Below, piece after piece: positions 39,797-49,752 of a stretch of 64,000 nucleotides of DNA. Below the pieces are notes generated by a model. It was given only the letters and a program-made list of their open reading frames with translations. It had not been told where the DNA came from and ran no database searches. Position 1 is the stretch's first letter. Each line of letters starts with the position of its first letter. The stretch is from contig CAVXVB010000009.1 of the NCBI GenBank assembly GCA_963765205.1, positions 817,425 to 881,424 of the forward strand, given 5' to 3'. Position numbers and translations under genes: made by a program. Source of the stretch: an uncultured Verrucomicrobiae bacterium. GTDB taxonomy: Bacteria; Verrucomicrobiota; Verrucomicrobiia; Opitutales; JABDGR01.

Positions 39797-40762
39797 TTAC
39801 AAATGCCGTGTTCCCAGCTGCGCGCCGCCAACTGGCGGGGTAAGTTCGCGTTCAGAAGGCAGAGTGGGGGACGCCACTTCGGTTGGGCGATGGACCTGTC
39901 CGTCGCCATTTGTCTGTGGCGCAGCCGCTTCCTCTGGCAACACGTAATCGAAGGTCAGGCAAATTTCTTCGGCAAAGGCGACCTTCTCCGTGCCGCAGGT
40001 GATGTGACCCTCGAAAAGGCCGAGGGGGTGCTTGATGCGCTTGGGCTTGACCACGAGGGTAAGCAGGTCGCCCGGCTTGCACACGCGCTGGCAGCGCACG
40101 CCGTCACAGGCTGTGAAGAATATTCGCGTGGGCGACACCGGGGCGGTCAACTCCGCCCGCTTGGTCTTGAGCAAGAACAAGACCGCGAGCTGCCCGAGCG
40201 CCTCGAGCATGATCGAGGCCGGCAACACCGGGTTGTTCTTGAAATGGCCTTCGAGGAAAAATTCGTCGCCGGCGATCTTATAAACACCCCGCGCCTCGTC
40301 CGAGCGCAGCGTGGCCTCCTGCACGAACAGGAACGGCGGCTGCTGCGGCATGAGCGCCATGATTTCCGCGACGTGGACATGCACCGGTCGTTCCGGCAGC
40401 GGCAGGCCGCGGATGCGGCAGTCAATGTAGGTCTTCACGTCGCCAATGGTGCGTAGATCACGCAACTCATCGTTGTTTATTTTGATTTGCAGCACGTCCT
40501 CGACGAGCATCACAACCTCTACCATGGTTAGGGAGTCAATTCCCAAGTCGTCGAAAATACGCAAACCGTCACCCCCGCCATGCAGGCGTGGGCGCACCTC
40601 GGGGTCGAGGAACCGCTCAATGATGCCGAGGATGACCACACTGACGCCCTCCGGGGCGCCCGTGGCGCGGTAGTGCAACGCGCCCCGCACGGTTTCCGGC
40701 GAGCAACGCTTAAGTTGCTCGCGCAGGTCTTGTTCGGCTTCGGGAGTAAGTGGGTTGGGCAC
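39797..40762 (-). CDS. Acyl carrier protein-FabZ-like dehydratase fusion
   Basis: LGIDSL ACP motif; GHFKNNPVLPASIMLEALGQ hot-dog motif. Confidence 0.88.
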   Translation of the reverse strand: MPNPLTPEAEQDLREQLKRCSPETVRGALHYRATGAPEGVSVVILGIIERFLDPEVRPRLHGGGDGLRIFDDLGIDSLTMVEVVMLVEDVLQIKINNDELRDLRTIGDVKTYIDCRIRGLPLPERPVHVHVAEIMALMPQQPPFLFVQEATLRSDEARGVYKIAGDEFFLEGHFKNNPVLPASIMLEALGQLAVLFLLKTKRAELTAPVSPTRIFFTACDGVRCQRVCKPGDLLTLVVKPKRIKHPLGLFEGHITCGTEKVAFAEEICLTFDYVLPEEAAAPQTNGDGQVHRPTEVASPTLPSERELTPPVGGAQLGTRHL

Positions 40763-40884
40763 GGGAACCGCCGATAATATGAAAAAAAAGACGGTTGGAA
40801 AATGTAAAAATTAACCTTTTTACCGCCAGAGTTCAATTCTAGCCTTGCTTTTCACCCACCGAATCACGACATTTGTGCCCAGCC

Positions 40885-41517
40885 ATGTCCCGTTTGTTTG
40901 CCTCCGCGAAAACCCTGGTCTCGAGTCCGCCCGAACATGCGGCCGAGGCCAGTGTGGATTGGGCTCTGGTGCAACGCGTGCAAGCGGGCGATGTGCGCGC
41001 TTTTGACGTGCTCATTCAGAAATACCGCGAGCGCCTGTTTGCGATAATCTACAACCTCACCGCCAACCGCGAAGACGCCTCGGATCTCGCGCAAGAAGCC
41101 TTCATCCGAGCCTTCCGCTCCATCCAGCGTTTCAAAGGCGATTCCTCCTTTTTTACCTGGCTCTACCGCATTGCCGTCAACGCCTCCCTGACCCACCTCA
41201 AGCGCACGCGGATGCGCCGCTTTTTCAGCTTCGAAACCCTCAGCGAGGAAGTCTCCCAAAGCGAATTGGCCGAAATCCTGGCGGACAAGCTCCATGCCGA
41301 CAAACCCACGCTCATCAAGGAGTTGCAGGAAAAATTGAACGAAGCGCTCCAACGCTTGTCTCTTAATCATCGCACCGTGGTGATTCTCTTTGAAATAGAA
41401 GGCCTGAGTCACCAGGAAATCGCCCAAGTCATGGACTGTTCCGAGGGCACCGTGCGCTCCCGCCTCCACTACGCCAAACAACAACTGCAATCCTATTTAC
41501 AAGACTACCTGCGCTGA
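40885..41517 (+). CDS. ECF sigma factor
   Basis: DLAQEAF, FFTWLYRIAVN, GTVRSRLHYA. Confidence 0.93.
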   Translation: MSRLFASAKTLVSSPPEHAAEASVDWALVQRVQAGDVRAFDVLIQKYRERLFAIIYNLTANREDASDLAQEAFIRAFRSIQRFKGDSSFFTWLYRIAVNASLTHLKRTRMRRFFSFETLSEEVSQSELAEILADKLHADKPTLIKELQEKLNEALQRLSLNHRTVVILFEIEGLSHQEIAQVMDCSEGTVRSRLHYAKQQLQSYLQDYLR

Positions 41518-41542
41518 CTCCCGCGTCTGCGGGAACTTCGCC

Positions 41543-42112
41543 ATGCCGGAACCCACCCCAACACCGCGTAAAATTACGCTCGAAGAACTGCTGCGCCTGA
41601 AGCGTCTTGAACGCCCGGGGCCGGAGTATTGGATGCGCTTCGACCGTGAACTCAATGAAAAGGTTTGGCGCGCTCTCACGCAACCGGTTCCGCGCACGGA
41701 CTGGCTGGCGGCGTTCTGGGGCCGTCGCACCCGCTGGCTCGCGGCGGGCGCAGCCTCCCTTATGGCAGTCTTCTTCTCCTGGTCTGGGCGCATCGGCACT
41801 CCTATAATCGTTGCGCACCAGCCGGCCGCTGCTCAAATTGCGGCTAATGAAGTTTCCCTGGCGCCGTCTCCAACTCCCAGCGAGCCGGTGCATGTGGCCT
41901 CCGTTTTGCCTGCACCGATAAAGGCTGATGTTGTGCCAGTGGATGCGCCTTCCCAGTATGCCGTTTCAACGCTCGACCCCTCAGTGAATCCTGCCAATGC
42001 AAAAATCCCGGCGAAAGTGGTTTTTACCGCCGAGCGCCCCAACGGCGAACGGTATGCTTCAGACGCTCTTTACACCGCCTCCGGCGCTGCTTGGCGCGAG
42101 TCGGCCTATTAA
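41543..42112 (+). CDS. Putative anti-sigma factor (single TM)
   Basis: Directly downstream of the ECF sigma; short N-domain, TM, low-complexity C-terminus. Confidence 0.55.
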   Translation: MPEPTPTPRKITLEELLRLKRLERPGPEYWMRFDRELNEKVWRALTQPVPRTDWLAAFWGRRTRWLAAGAASLMAVFFSWSGRIGTPIIVAHQPAAAQIAANEVSLAPSPTPSEPVHVASVLPAPIKADVVPVDAPSQYAVSTLDPSVNPANAKIPAKVVFTAERPNGERYASDALYTASGAAWRESAY

Positions 42113-42115
42113 CCA

Positions 42116-43342
42116 ATGAAATCAGCCGGCATACTGACCGCTGGCCTGGCGGCAATTCTATGCACCGGGGCCGCGTTTGGGCAATCGCCCCAACCGGCGG
42201 ATGTGGCGTCGGCTCCCCCTGTCATCGCACCGGCGACTGCGACCCCGGCTTCCGCAACAGCCAACGACTTTAAATCGGGCGATATTTTGGATGCACTGCA
42301 GGATCGCTACACGTCCCTGTTTGAAAAAATCAGCCCGGCGGTCGTGAGCGTGAATGCCGCCATCCCCGGTCCCACCACCGAGACCCCGCCCACCGCCTAT
42401 GTTTGGTCCGGCTTTTTCATTACACGCAGCGGCGATATCCTGACCACCAACGCCCATTACCTGCAAAATGCGACGCGCGTTTGGGTGATCAGCGGCAACG
42501 TCGGCTTTACGGCCGAAGTGAAAGGCCTCGATTTGGTGACCGACGTGGCCTTGTTGCACGCCGATTCACTGCCCAAGAATTTTGCGGTGCTCGACCTCGC
42601 CGACCATCCGGACCTTCCTCAAAAAGCCACCATGCTCATGTCGGTTACCTGCAAACAAGGCCAGGATCCCGGTCCCTCCACCGGTCTCGTGCAGGGTTAC
42701 AACGTCAATGTTGGCAATCGCGAATTGCCCACGCTCTATTTGCGCACCAACATCCCCGACGATGGTGGCGAGGGCGGTTCGCCCGTCGTGGATTTGCAAG
42801 GCCGCCTGGTCGGCATGATGATTGCCTCCCTCACAGAAAGCCGCTCCTCCCTCGTGCTGCCATCGCGCGCCGCCCTGCGGGTCCGCGATGATTTGCTAAC
42901 CAACGGCAAAGTCGCCTACGGCCAACTTGGCTTTCACGGCGAGCAACGCAGCGACACCGCTTCCGGCGTTAATATCTTTGTCACCAGCGTGGATTACGGC
43001 GGCCCGGCCCTCGACGCCGGACTCAAAACGGGCGACGAAGTCCGCACCCTCAATGGCGCCCCCATTAATAACGAAACCGATTTGCGCCAGGCTGCTTTCT
43101 ACCTCCGCCCCGACCAGGATGTCTCCCTCGGCGTGCATCGCGATGGCCAGGATCTCCAACTGACGCTGCACGTTGGCGAAATGCCCTTGGCCACCGACCT
43201 TAATAAGCAATTGGCCACGGAGGCAAAAACCACCCCGCCCACCGCCGCCACCGCGCCCAAGCCCGATTCCGCCCCCGCCAGCCTCATCCCCGGCGTCGGT
43301 GATCCGGCTCTGCCGCCGCCGCCGGTCGAGAAAGTGAAGTAA
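42116..43342 (+). CDS. HtrA/DegS-like trypsin + PDZ protein
   Basis: Signal peptide, SGFFI...LTTNAH, DVALL, PDZ GPALDAGLKTGD. Confidence 0.85.
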   Translation: MKSAGILTAGLAAILCTGAAFGQSPQPADVASAPPVIAPATATPASATANDFKSGDILDALQDRYTSLFEKISPAVVSVNAAIPGPTTETPPTAYVWSGFFITRSGDILTTNAHYLQNATRVWVISGNVGFTAEVKGLDLVTDVALLHADSLPKNFAVLDLADHPDLPQKATMLMSVTCKQGQDPGPSTGLVQGYNVNVGNRELPTLYLRTNIPDDGGEGGSPVVDLQGRLVGMMIASLTESRSSLVLPSRAALRVRDDLLTNGKVAYGQLGFHGEQRSDTASGVNIFVTSVDYGGPALDAGLKTGDEVRTLNGAPINNETDLRQAAFYLRPDQDVSLGVHRDGQDLQLTLHVGEMPLATDLNKQLATEAKTTPPTAATAPKPDSAPASLIPGVGDPALPPPPVEKVK

Positions 43343-43351
43343 GCCTCGCCC

Positions 43352-43771
43352 ATGCCCGTCCGCACCGACTTGCTCGTCGTTCGCACACCCGGCCGCGGCA
43401 CCCATGAAATCACCGCGCAAGTCGAGGAAGCCCTGCGCCGCTCCGGCCTGCGGGAAGGCACGGTCACCATCTTTTGCCAGCACACCAGTTGCAGCCTGGT
43501 TTTGATGGAAAACGCCGACCCCACGGCGCGGCGCGATTTGCACCATTATCTGGACAAACTGGTGCCCGATGGCGACCCGGACTTTGTCCACACCCTCGAA
43601 GGCAAGGACGACATGTCCGCCCACATCAAAATGGCCCTGACGCGCAGCGCCGAAATCATCCCGTTCCAAGGCGGCCGCCTGTTGCTCGGAACCTGGCAGG
43701 GGATTTTCCTCTGGGAGCACCGCCTCCGCCCCCATCAACGGCAGTTGGTGCTGACGTTGATGGGTGAATGA
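43352..43771 (+). CDS. yjbQ: YjbQ/UPF0047 family protein
   Basis: HTSCSL, ENADP, AHIK, LGTWQGIFLWEH. Confidence 0.9.
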   Translation: MPVRTDLLVVRTPGRGTHEITAQVEEALRRSGLREGTVTIFCQHTSCSLVLMENADPTARRDLHHYLDKLVPDGDPDFVHTLEGKDDMSAHIKMALTRSAEIIPFQGGRLLLGTWQGIFLWEHRLRPHQRQLVLTLMGE

Positions 43772-43783
43772 GCCGGGAGGGGA

Positions 43784-43865
43784 TTCACCGCAAAGAAGCG
43801 AAGATCGCCAAGGAGAATTTGGGCGGTAAAGCCAGTTTTTGCGATCTTCGCGGTTTTGCGGTGAA
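43784..43865. repeat. Long intergenic inverted repeat
   Basis: TTCACCGCAAAGAAGCGAAGATCGC ... GCGATCTTCGCGGTTTTGCGGTGAA. Confidence 0.75.
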
Positions 43866-43929
43866 AGCTACGGGATATTCCCACGCAATCAGCATTGCTT
43901 CGCGCAAAATTGCGGCCTAATTATCCTGC

Positions 43930-44745
43930 ATGTTTTTCCTCCGGCATTCCAGCCGCTTTTGCCGCGCCACCCTGGCCTTGCTCACGCTCAGTCTGGCTGC
44001 GGGCTGTGGCAACGCCACCAAACTTGTCGTCGCCCCGGAGACGGACGACCGGCAATACCAATACGGCGAAGAAATGCTCAAGGAAAACCGCCCCGACGAC
44101 GCGCTGGCCGCCTTCCTGAATGTTATCAAGGCCCGCGAGGACGACGCCCCCGAATCTCATCTCGAAACCGGGCTGCTCCTGCTCAATGTCAAGAACGACC
44201 CCATCGCCGCCATCTATCATTTTCAAAAATATCTCGTGGCCCAGCCCAATTCCGAGCAGGCGCCGCGCGTGAAGCAGTTGATTGAGACCGCCGAAAAGAA
44301 CTTTGCCCGCTCCCTGCCGATGCACCCCGACAGCGCGTATGACGAAGCCGACTTGATGGACCAGATCAAAACCCTGCAAACCGAAAACGAAAACCTGCGC
44401 CAGCAGTTGGCAGGCTCATCCGCCTTTCGTGCGGCCAGTGGTCTCCCCTCCGGAAACACCCCCGCTACGGTCATGCCCGTCACGCCCATCGCGAATCCCG
44501 CCCCTCCCGCCCCGCGCGCGTCCGTTCCGGTCACGGCCGCGCCGGTTGCTTCCGTCACCGCCATCACTCCGACTCCCTCCACGAACACTTACACCGTCAA
44601 GGAACACGACACGCTGATGTCCATCAGCCAGACCCTCTACGGCACGCGCAGCCGCTGGCAGGACATCTACAACGCCAATCGCGACAAACTGCCCAGCCCC
44701 GAATCGCTGCACCCCGGTCAAGTTCTCAACCTGCCGAAGAAGTGA
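43930..44745 (+). CDS. Lipoprotein with TPR-like and LysM domains
   Basis: Lipobox LAAGC; YTVKEHDTLMSIS...LHPGQVLNLP. Confidence 0.88.
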   Translation: MFFLRHSSRFCRATLALLTLSLAAGCGNATKLVVAPETDDRQYQYGEEMLKENRPDDALAAFLNVIKAREDDAPESHLETGLLLLNVKNDPIAAIYHFQKYLVAQPNSEQAPRVKQLIETAEKNFARSLPMHPDSAYDEADLMDQIKTLQTENENLRQQLAGSSAFRAASGLPSGNTPATVMPVTPIANPAPPAPRASVPVTAAPVASVTAITPTPSTNTYTVKEHDTLMSISQTLYGTRSRWQDIYNANRDKLPSPESLHPGQVLNLPKK

Positions 44746-44762
44746 TGGTCCCGCCGCCGGCC

Positions 44763-45890
44763 ATGCCGTATTTCGACCATAACGCCACCACGCCGCCGCA
44801 CCCCGCCACGCTGGCGGTGGGCCGGGAAACCGCCGAAGAGTCCTGGCACAACCCATCCAGTCCCTATCGGGCCGCCGCCCGCGCGCACGCGTTGCTCGAA
44901 ACGGCGCGCGAAGAATTGGCCGCGCTCCTCGGGGGCGGGCCCGAGGAATATGTCTTTACCTCCGGTGCCACTGAGGCCAACAACGCCGTCTTGGCCCATT
45001 TCGCGCGGAAAAATCCGCCCGATGCGCGCGTCCTCGTGTCGGCCATCGAACATCCCAGCGTGCTCGAGGCCGCGCAAGAATGGTTTCCCCACCGGGTCGA
45101 ATTGATTCCGGTGGATTCCACCGGGGTCGCGCGCCTGTATGCCCTTGACCGCGCGCTCGACGCCGGCCCCGTCGCCGTCGTCTCCCTGATGGCCGCCAAC
45201 AACGAGACCGGCGTGCTCCAGCCCTGCGCCGAAGCCGCCCGCCAGTGCCGCGCGCGCGGCGTGCCCTTTCATTGCGACGCCACGCAGGTTTTCGGAAAAC
45301 TGCCATGGCGGGATATTGCTGAATATGATTTTGTCACCGGATCAGGGCACAAGTTTGGCGGCCCCAAAGGCGTCGGCTTTCTGAAAATCCCGAAAAGCTC
45401 CGGCTTTCACGGCCAGCTTGGGGGCGAACAGGAGCACGGCCGGCGCGCCGGCACAGAAAATCTACCCGCCATTCGCGCGATGCTCGCCGCGCTCACCACC
45501 CGCGCCGCGGACCTTCCAGCAAAAACCCCGAAGTGGGCGAGGGCGCGCGCCGATTTTGAAGTTGCGCTCGTCGCCGCCCTGCCCGGTGTCATTATCGTGG
45601 GCGAAGATGCCCCCCGGCTGTGGAATACCGTGATGTTCCTGCCGCCGCGCCACGCCAACACCCGCTGGATCGCCGCGCTCGACCGGCGTGGTTTTCAAAT
45701 TTCGACCGGCTCCGCCTGTGCCACCGGCCGCGCAGGCCCTTCCCACGTCCTCACCGCGATGGGGGTTGACCCCGACGACGCCCGCCGTGCGTTGCGCGTC
45801 TCCGGCGGGTGGGAGACCACCGCCGCCGACTGGGCCGCGCTTGCTGAGGCGTTCGCTGCGGCGAGGGTAGAGCTGGACGCCGGTCGTTAA
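44763..45890 (+). CDS. Cysteine desulfurase (IscS/NifS family)
   Basis: YFDHNATTP, SGATEANN, SGHKFGGPKG, STGSAC. Confidence 0.92.
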   Translation: MPYFDHNATTPPHPATLAVGRETAEESWHNPSSPYRAAARAHALLETAREELAALLGGGPEEYVFTSGATEANNAVLAHFARKNPPDARVLVSAIEHPSVLEAAQEWFPHRVELIPVDSTGVARLYALDRALDAGPVAVVSLMAANNETGVLQPCAEAARQCRARGVPFHCDATQVFGKLPWRDIAEYDFVTGSGHKFGGPKGVGFLKIPKSSGFHGQLGGEQEHGRRAGTENLPAIRAMLAALTTRAADLPAKTPKWARARADFEVALVAALPGVIIVGEDAPRLWNTVMFLPPRHANTRWIAALDRRGFQISTGSACATGRAGPSHVLTAMGVDPDDARRALRVSGGWETTAADWAALAEAFAAARVELDAGR

Positions 45891-45978
45891 TGCCAGACAC
45901 ATAAAACGCTCAAGTAACTTCCAGCCTAAGGATTGCCAAGCCGCAATAAACCTTCTAAGGTGAAAGGAGCTTACCATC

Positions 45979-47031
45979 ATGGCGCAACCCCGCAGACAAT
46001 TCTGGCGCATCGCCGCCTGCTTGGTGATTCTCGTCACCGCCGGGCCTGGCCTCGCGCGCGCACAGATCAGACACAACGACTTTACGGAGATGAGCAGCAC
46101 GTTTTCGACCAACCAGGCTTCCTCCGTGCTCATCAGCCCGGGCCAAATGGGCATCTCCGGCCCCAGCATGTTCGTGGGGACGCTGCCCAACCTCGACAGT
46201 TCAGTGAATGACAAGCGCGCCACGCTCACCGGCAACAGTTTTCAAAAAACCTTCAGCACGCTGAACGGCCAGATGGCCGGCTCTCAGTGGAAGAGCAATT
46301 TTCCCCTCGGCCCGAACCTCCCGCTGAAAATGGCTCCCTCATCGCCCATGCACCAGCCGCAGATGGCGGACAGCATGCAAAAAAATTCCCCACTCAACGA
46401 TTTTGCCAGCCGCGACCAACTGGACCAGCACGAGGTCGGTCCTTCGAAATTCACCGACGCCTACACCTTTCACGCCGTGGACAATGGCACCCAGCTCGCG
46501 GAAGTTGGCCATGAATTGTCCCTGCAGGATATCAACCGTTACCAATTCCAAGGCTCCTTTTCCAGCGCACCCGGTCTGCCGGTCACCCATGCCGGCGGCG
46601 CCACCGACCTGCCCAGCGTTTCCGGCGGCTCCTTGAGCAACATTACCAGCGGAGACAGCCTCTTCGACTCCGGCTCCATGCCCACCAGCCATCCCCGCAG
46701 CGGCGCCGCCGTCGCCCCGAACTTTATCACTACCGGCGGCACCATTCCTTATAATCCCACCCGCGGCACGTCACCATCCTCGTCGGTTCCACTCGGCGCC
46801 TCCAGCAACGGTGGCCCGGCCCCCAATGATTCGACCGACGGTTTCTCCGTCCCCTTGCAACATTCCGCATCCGCGCAAAGCTCGAACAAACCCCAAAATA
46901 TCATGCCGACGGGAGGCCTTATTCCCAGTGGCACCTATGAGCCAACCTCACCCAGCGGCAAAGAACTTCCCATCCAGGTGGATCAAGGGGAAGTCATCGT
47001 GCGTGGCGCCACGCCAGCGCCGCAACAATAG
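45979..47031 (+). CDS. Hypothetical secreted Ser/Pro-rich protein
   Basis: Signal peptide; 350-aa ORF. Confidence 0.65.
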   Translation: MAQPRRQFWRIAACLVILVTAGPGLARAQIRHNDFTEMSSTFSTNQASSVLISPGQMGISGPSMFVGTLPNLDSSVNDKRATLTGNSFQKTFSTLNGQMAGSQWKSNFPLGPNLPLKMAPSSPMHQPQMADSMQKNSPLNDFASRDQLDQHEVGPSKFTDAYTFHAVDNGTQLAEVGHELSLQDINRYQFQGSFSSAPGLPVTHAGGATDLPSVSGGSLSNITSGDSLFDSGSMPTSHPRSGAAVAPNFITTGGTIPYNPTRGTSPSSSVPLGASSNGGPAPNDSTDGFSVPLQHSASAQSSNKPQNIMPTGGLIPSGTYEPTSPSGKELPIQVDQGEVIVRGATPAPQQ

Positions 47032-47140
47032 GGAAGCCGGGGCCTTTCCATACATCAGTCTGGTGGGGAGGGAGAGGAGTAAATGGCAAAATTATGGGTC
47101 CTCCGCCCTAAAAACAACAGTTGCCCCGAGGGGAAACATA

Positions 47141-47168
47141 ATTAGACATAATGTTTATTGTGCGAAAA
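47141..47168 (-). other. dif-like XerC/XerD site
   Basis: Minus strand TTTTCGCACAA-TAAACA-TTATGTCTAAT; 11-6-11 layout like E. coli dif. Confidence 0.65.
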
Positions 47169-47288
47169 TAGCCTTTGGGGGCAACGGGAGTTGCGATGTT
47201 TTGCGTCGGCCCGTTGGGGGATCGAATTCCGAAACACGATTATCCTCATATAGGTCGGGTCTAGCGCCTTTCACGGACCCACACTCGG

Positions 47289-49526
47289 CTATCTTTCTTC
47301 GAGAATGCTTAATTCCGCGTTGGCGGTGCGCAATCGTTTCGAGATGGCAAAGGCCAGTTGTTCAAAAACCCGGTTGCCCAGCACGGGGTTGGATTTCAGG
47401 AGTGCATCAAAGTGGGCGCGAGAGAGGACATAAAGGTCGGCCGCCGTCTCGGCCTCCAGATCGGCCGAACGCGGTTCGCGGTCGAGAAAGGCCATTTCGC
47501 CAAAAAAGTCGCCCCGGCAAAAAGTTGCGATATGATGGCGCCGGCCGCCGGCGAGCGGCAGCAGGGCAAGAATGCGCCCGCGCCGGACAAAGAATATTTC
47601 GTCGCCCGGATCGCCGCGGGAACAGAGGCGGCCCGCCGCCGGCACGGAAACCTCATGGATGATCCCGGCCAGATTCTGCAGGGTCGCCGCATCGAATTTG
47701 GCAAAAATCTCGATTTCACCGAGACCTAGTGGAGCCGCCTCCTCCTGCGGTTGCCACCCGGCGTCGGCCAGGATTTTGTCCTCCATCCATTCGAGCGCGC
47801 TGTCGCGGGTGTCAAACACGCGGATGCCGTGGCCGCTGCGCACCAAGCCGAGCTGGGCCAGGTAAATCTCGGTGTCCCGGCGGCTGGGCAGGCCGGAAGG
47901 CATGCCGCTAAAGAGCAGTTCCCCGCCCCGCTCCTCGAGGCGCATCTTCATCTGTTCAAGCAGGTGCGCCGCCGTGTAATCCATGGAGTGGATTTTGCGC
48001 AAATCAATGAGCAGGAACCGCACGGTGGCCAAATCGTGATCGAGTTCGGAAAAGAGCTGATCGGTTGTGCCAAAGAACAAATCGCCTTGGAGCTGCACCA
48101 GCTCCCCCTCTTGTCCGTGCTGGGCGAGAAGTTCGGCTTCGGCCCCAAGTCGGCGGCGTTTCGAATGCATGGCGCGCAAATCGAGCTTGCGGATAATCAC
48201 CGAGCTGCGAATTTGTCCCCGAATGAAGAGCAGGATGGCGAAACAGATGCCGGCGGCGGACGCGGCAATCAAATCATATTGCGCCACGAGGACGACGGTC
48301 AGTATCACCGCAAAATCCACCCGGGTCGAGGGTTGCCGGGCCAGGTGGAACACGCCGCGGTCAAACATTCGCCACGCCACGGCCAGCAGCACGCCGGCGA
48401 GTGCGGCGATGGGTACCCAGGCAATCAGCTTGCTAAACAGGAGAAAGGTGCCCACCAAGAGCAAACCTTCAGTCACCCCCGACCACAAGGAACGGCCGCC
48501 ACTGGTGAAATTGACGAGGGTCGGGCCCATCGTGCCCGAGCCTGGCATGCCGCCCATCAGAAAGGAGGTGGCGTTGGCCGCGCCCTGGGCGAGTAGTTCG
48601 CGGTTCGAATTGTGCCGGCGCCGGGTGAGGGCGTCGAGCACCACCCCGGTTTTGAGCGTATCAATGGAGAGCAGCAAGGACAGCGTTACCGCTGAAATGA
48701 AGATCAGGCTGAGATCCGCCGTCCCGACGTGAAACAGGGAAGTGGCCCGATCGTGAATCGCTCCGAAGAGCGAACCGGAGGCTTCGATCGGCCCGATCAC
48801 CAGGGAGTTGCCCGTCACTTGCAGTAAATGGGGAATAAACAGCGCCAGGACAAAATAGACCGCAATCCCGGCGAACAAGCCGAGAATCGCCGCCGGAATC
48901 CGTTTTGTGAACCGTGGGGCGGAGACCATGACGCTAATGGTCACGAGACCAACGATAATCCCCGGCCACTGCCACAATTGCGGCGAGATTAGCCCGCGGC
49001 CCAGTGCAACGCCCTTCGGTAATCCGAGTAGTTTCGGCAATTGACCCAAGGCGATAATCACTGCCACACCGGAAAGATAGCCGGTGACCACTTGATACGG
49101 GATATACTTGATGAGGCGGCCGGCACGCACCGCCCCATAAAGCAGTTGGAAAAGCGCCGCCAGCAAGGCCGTCAATCCCAGCAAGGCGGTGACGCGTCCG
49201 GCATCCAAGTCGCCACTGGCGCTGAGCGTCGCCGCCAAGGCCGAGAGGACGGCGGCGGCTGGCGCGCACGGCGCGGAAATAAAACCGCCATTGCGGCCCA
49301 CTAGCGGAGCCACAATGCCGAGCGCCGCTGCGCCGAAGATGCCCGCCCGTGCGCCTTCTGCGGCCAGACCCGGGTCAATCGATGTGTAGACCAGCACGCC
49401 AAACGCGATGGAGGAAGGCAGCGCGACCAGCATCGCCGCCAGCCCGCCCCAGAGGTCACCGGGGAAACTGCTGGCACCCATCGGGGCCCGCCCGGTGGGT
49501 TTCTGATTGGTCGTTGGGTTGCTCAT
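47289..49526 (-). CDS. SulP/SLC26 anion transporter with STAS and cNMP-binding domains
   Basis: ALPSSIAFG, NSNRELLAQG, LFFGT, FGEMAFLDREPRSA. Confidence 0.92.
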   Translation of the reverse strand: MSNPTTNQKPTGRAPMGASSFPGDLWGGLAAMLVALPSSIAFGVLVYTSIDPGLAAEGARAGIFGAAALGIVAPLVGRNGGFISAPCAPAAAVLSALAATLSASGDLDAGRVTALLGLTALLAALFQLLYGAVRAGRLIKYIPYQVVTGYLSGVAVIIALGQLPKLLGLPKGVALGRGLISPQLWQWPGIIVGLVTISVMVSAPRFTKRIPAAILGLFAGIAVYFVLALFIPHLLQVTGNSLVIGPIEASGSLFGAIHDRATSLFHVGTADLSLIFISAVTLSLLLSIDTLKTGVVLDALTRRRHNSNRELLAQGAANATSFLMGGMPGSGTMGPTLVNFTSGGRSLWSGVTEGLLLVGTFLLFSKLIAWVPIAALAGVLLAVAWRMFDRGVFHLARQPSTRVDFAVILTVVLVAQYDLIAASAAGICFAILLFIRGQIRSSVIIRKLDLRAMHSKRRRLGAEAELLAQHGQEGELVQLQGDLFFGTTDQLFSELDHDLATVRFLLIDLRKIHSMDYTAAHLLEQMKMRLEERGGELLFSGMPSGLPSRRDTEIYLAQLGLVRSGHGIRVFDTRDSALEWMEDKILADAGWQPQEEAAPLGLGEIEIFAKFDAATLQNLAGIIHEVSVPAAGRLCSRGDPGDEIFFVRRGRILALLPLAGGRRHHIATFCRGDFFGEMAFLDREPRSADLEAETAADLYVLSRAHFDALLKSNPVLGNRVFEQLAFAISKRLRTANAELSILEER

Positions 49527-49752
49527 GGAATTTTTACCTGGATGGGGTTGACCTTTTCTATCGGGGTCGTAATGACGGTCTTAAGCGAGCTGTTCCAGCT
49601 GCGCCTAGGAACGAGACTGGCCCGGCCCTGGCCCGCTCGCAATCCATCAATGTCTAGGGAAAATCCTTAGCGAGAATTAGCCGCAATAGCAGTAGCTCAA
49701 AGGCCGCTAAACGATTAATAGTAACCAGCGCGGCACGCTTCCGCAAATAGCC

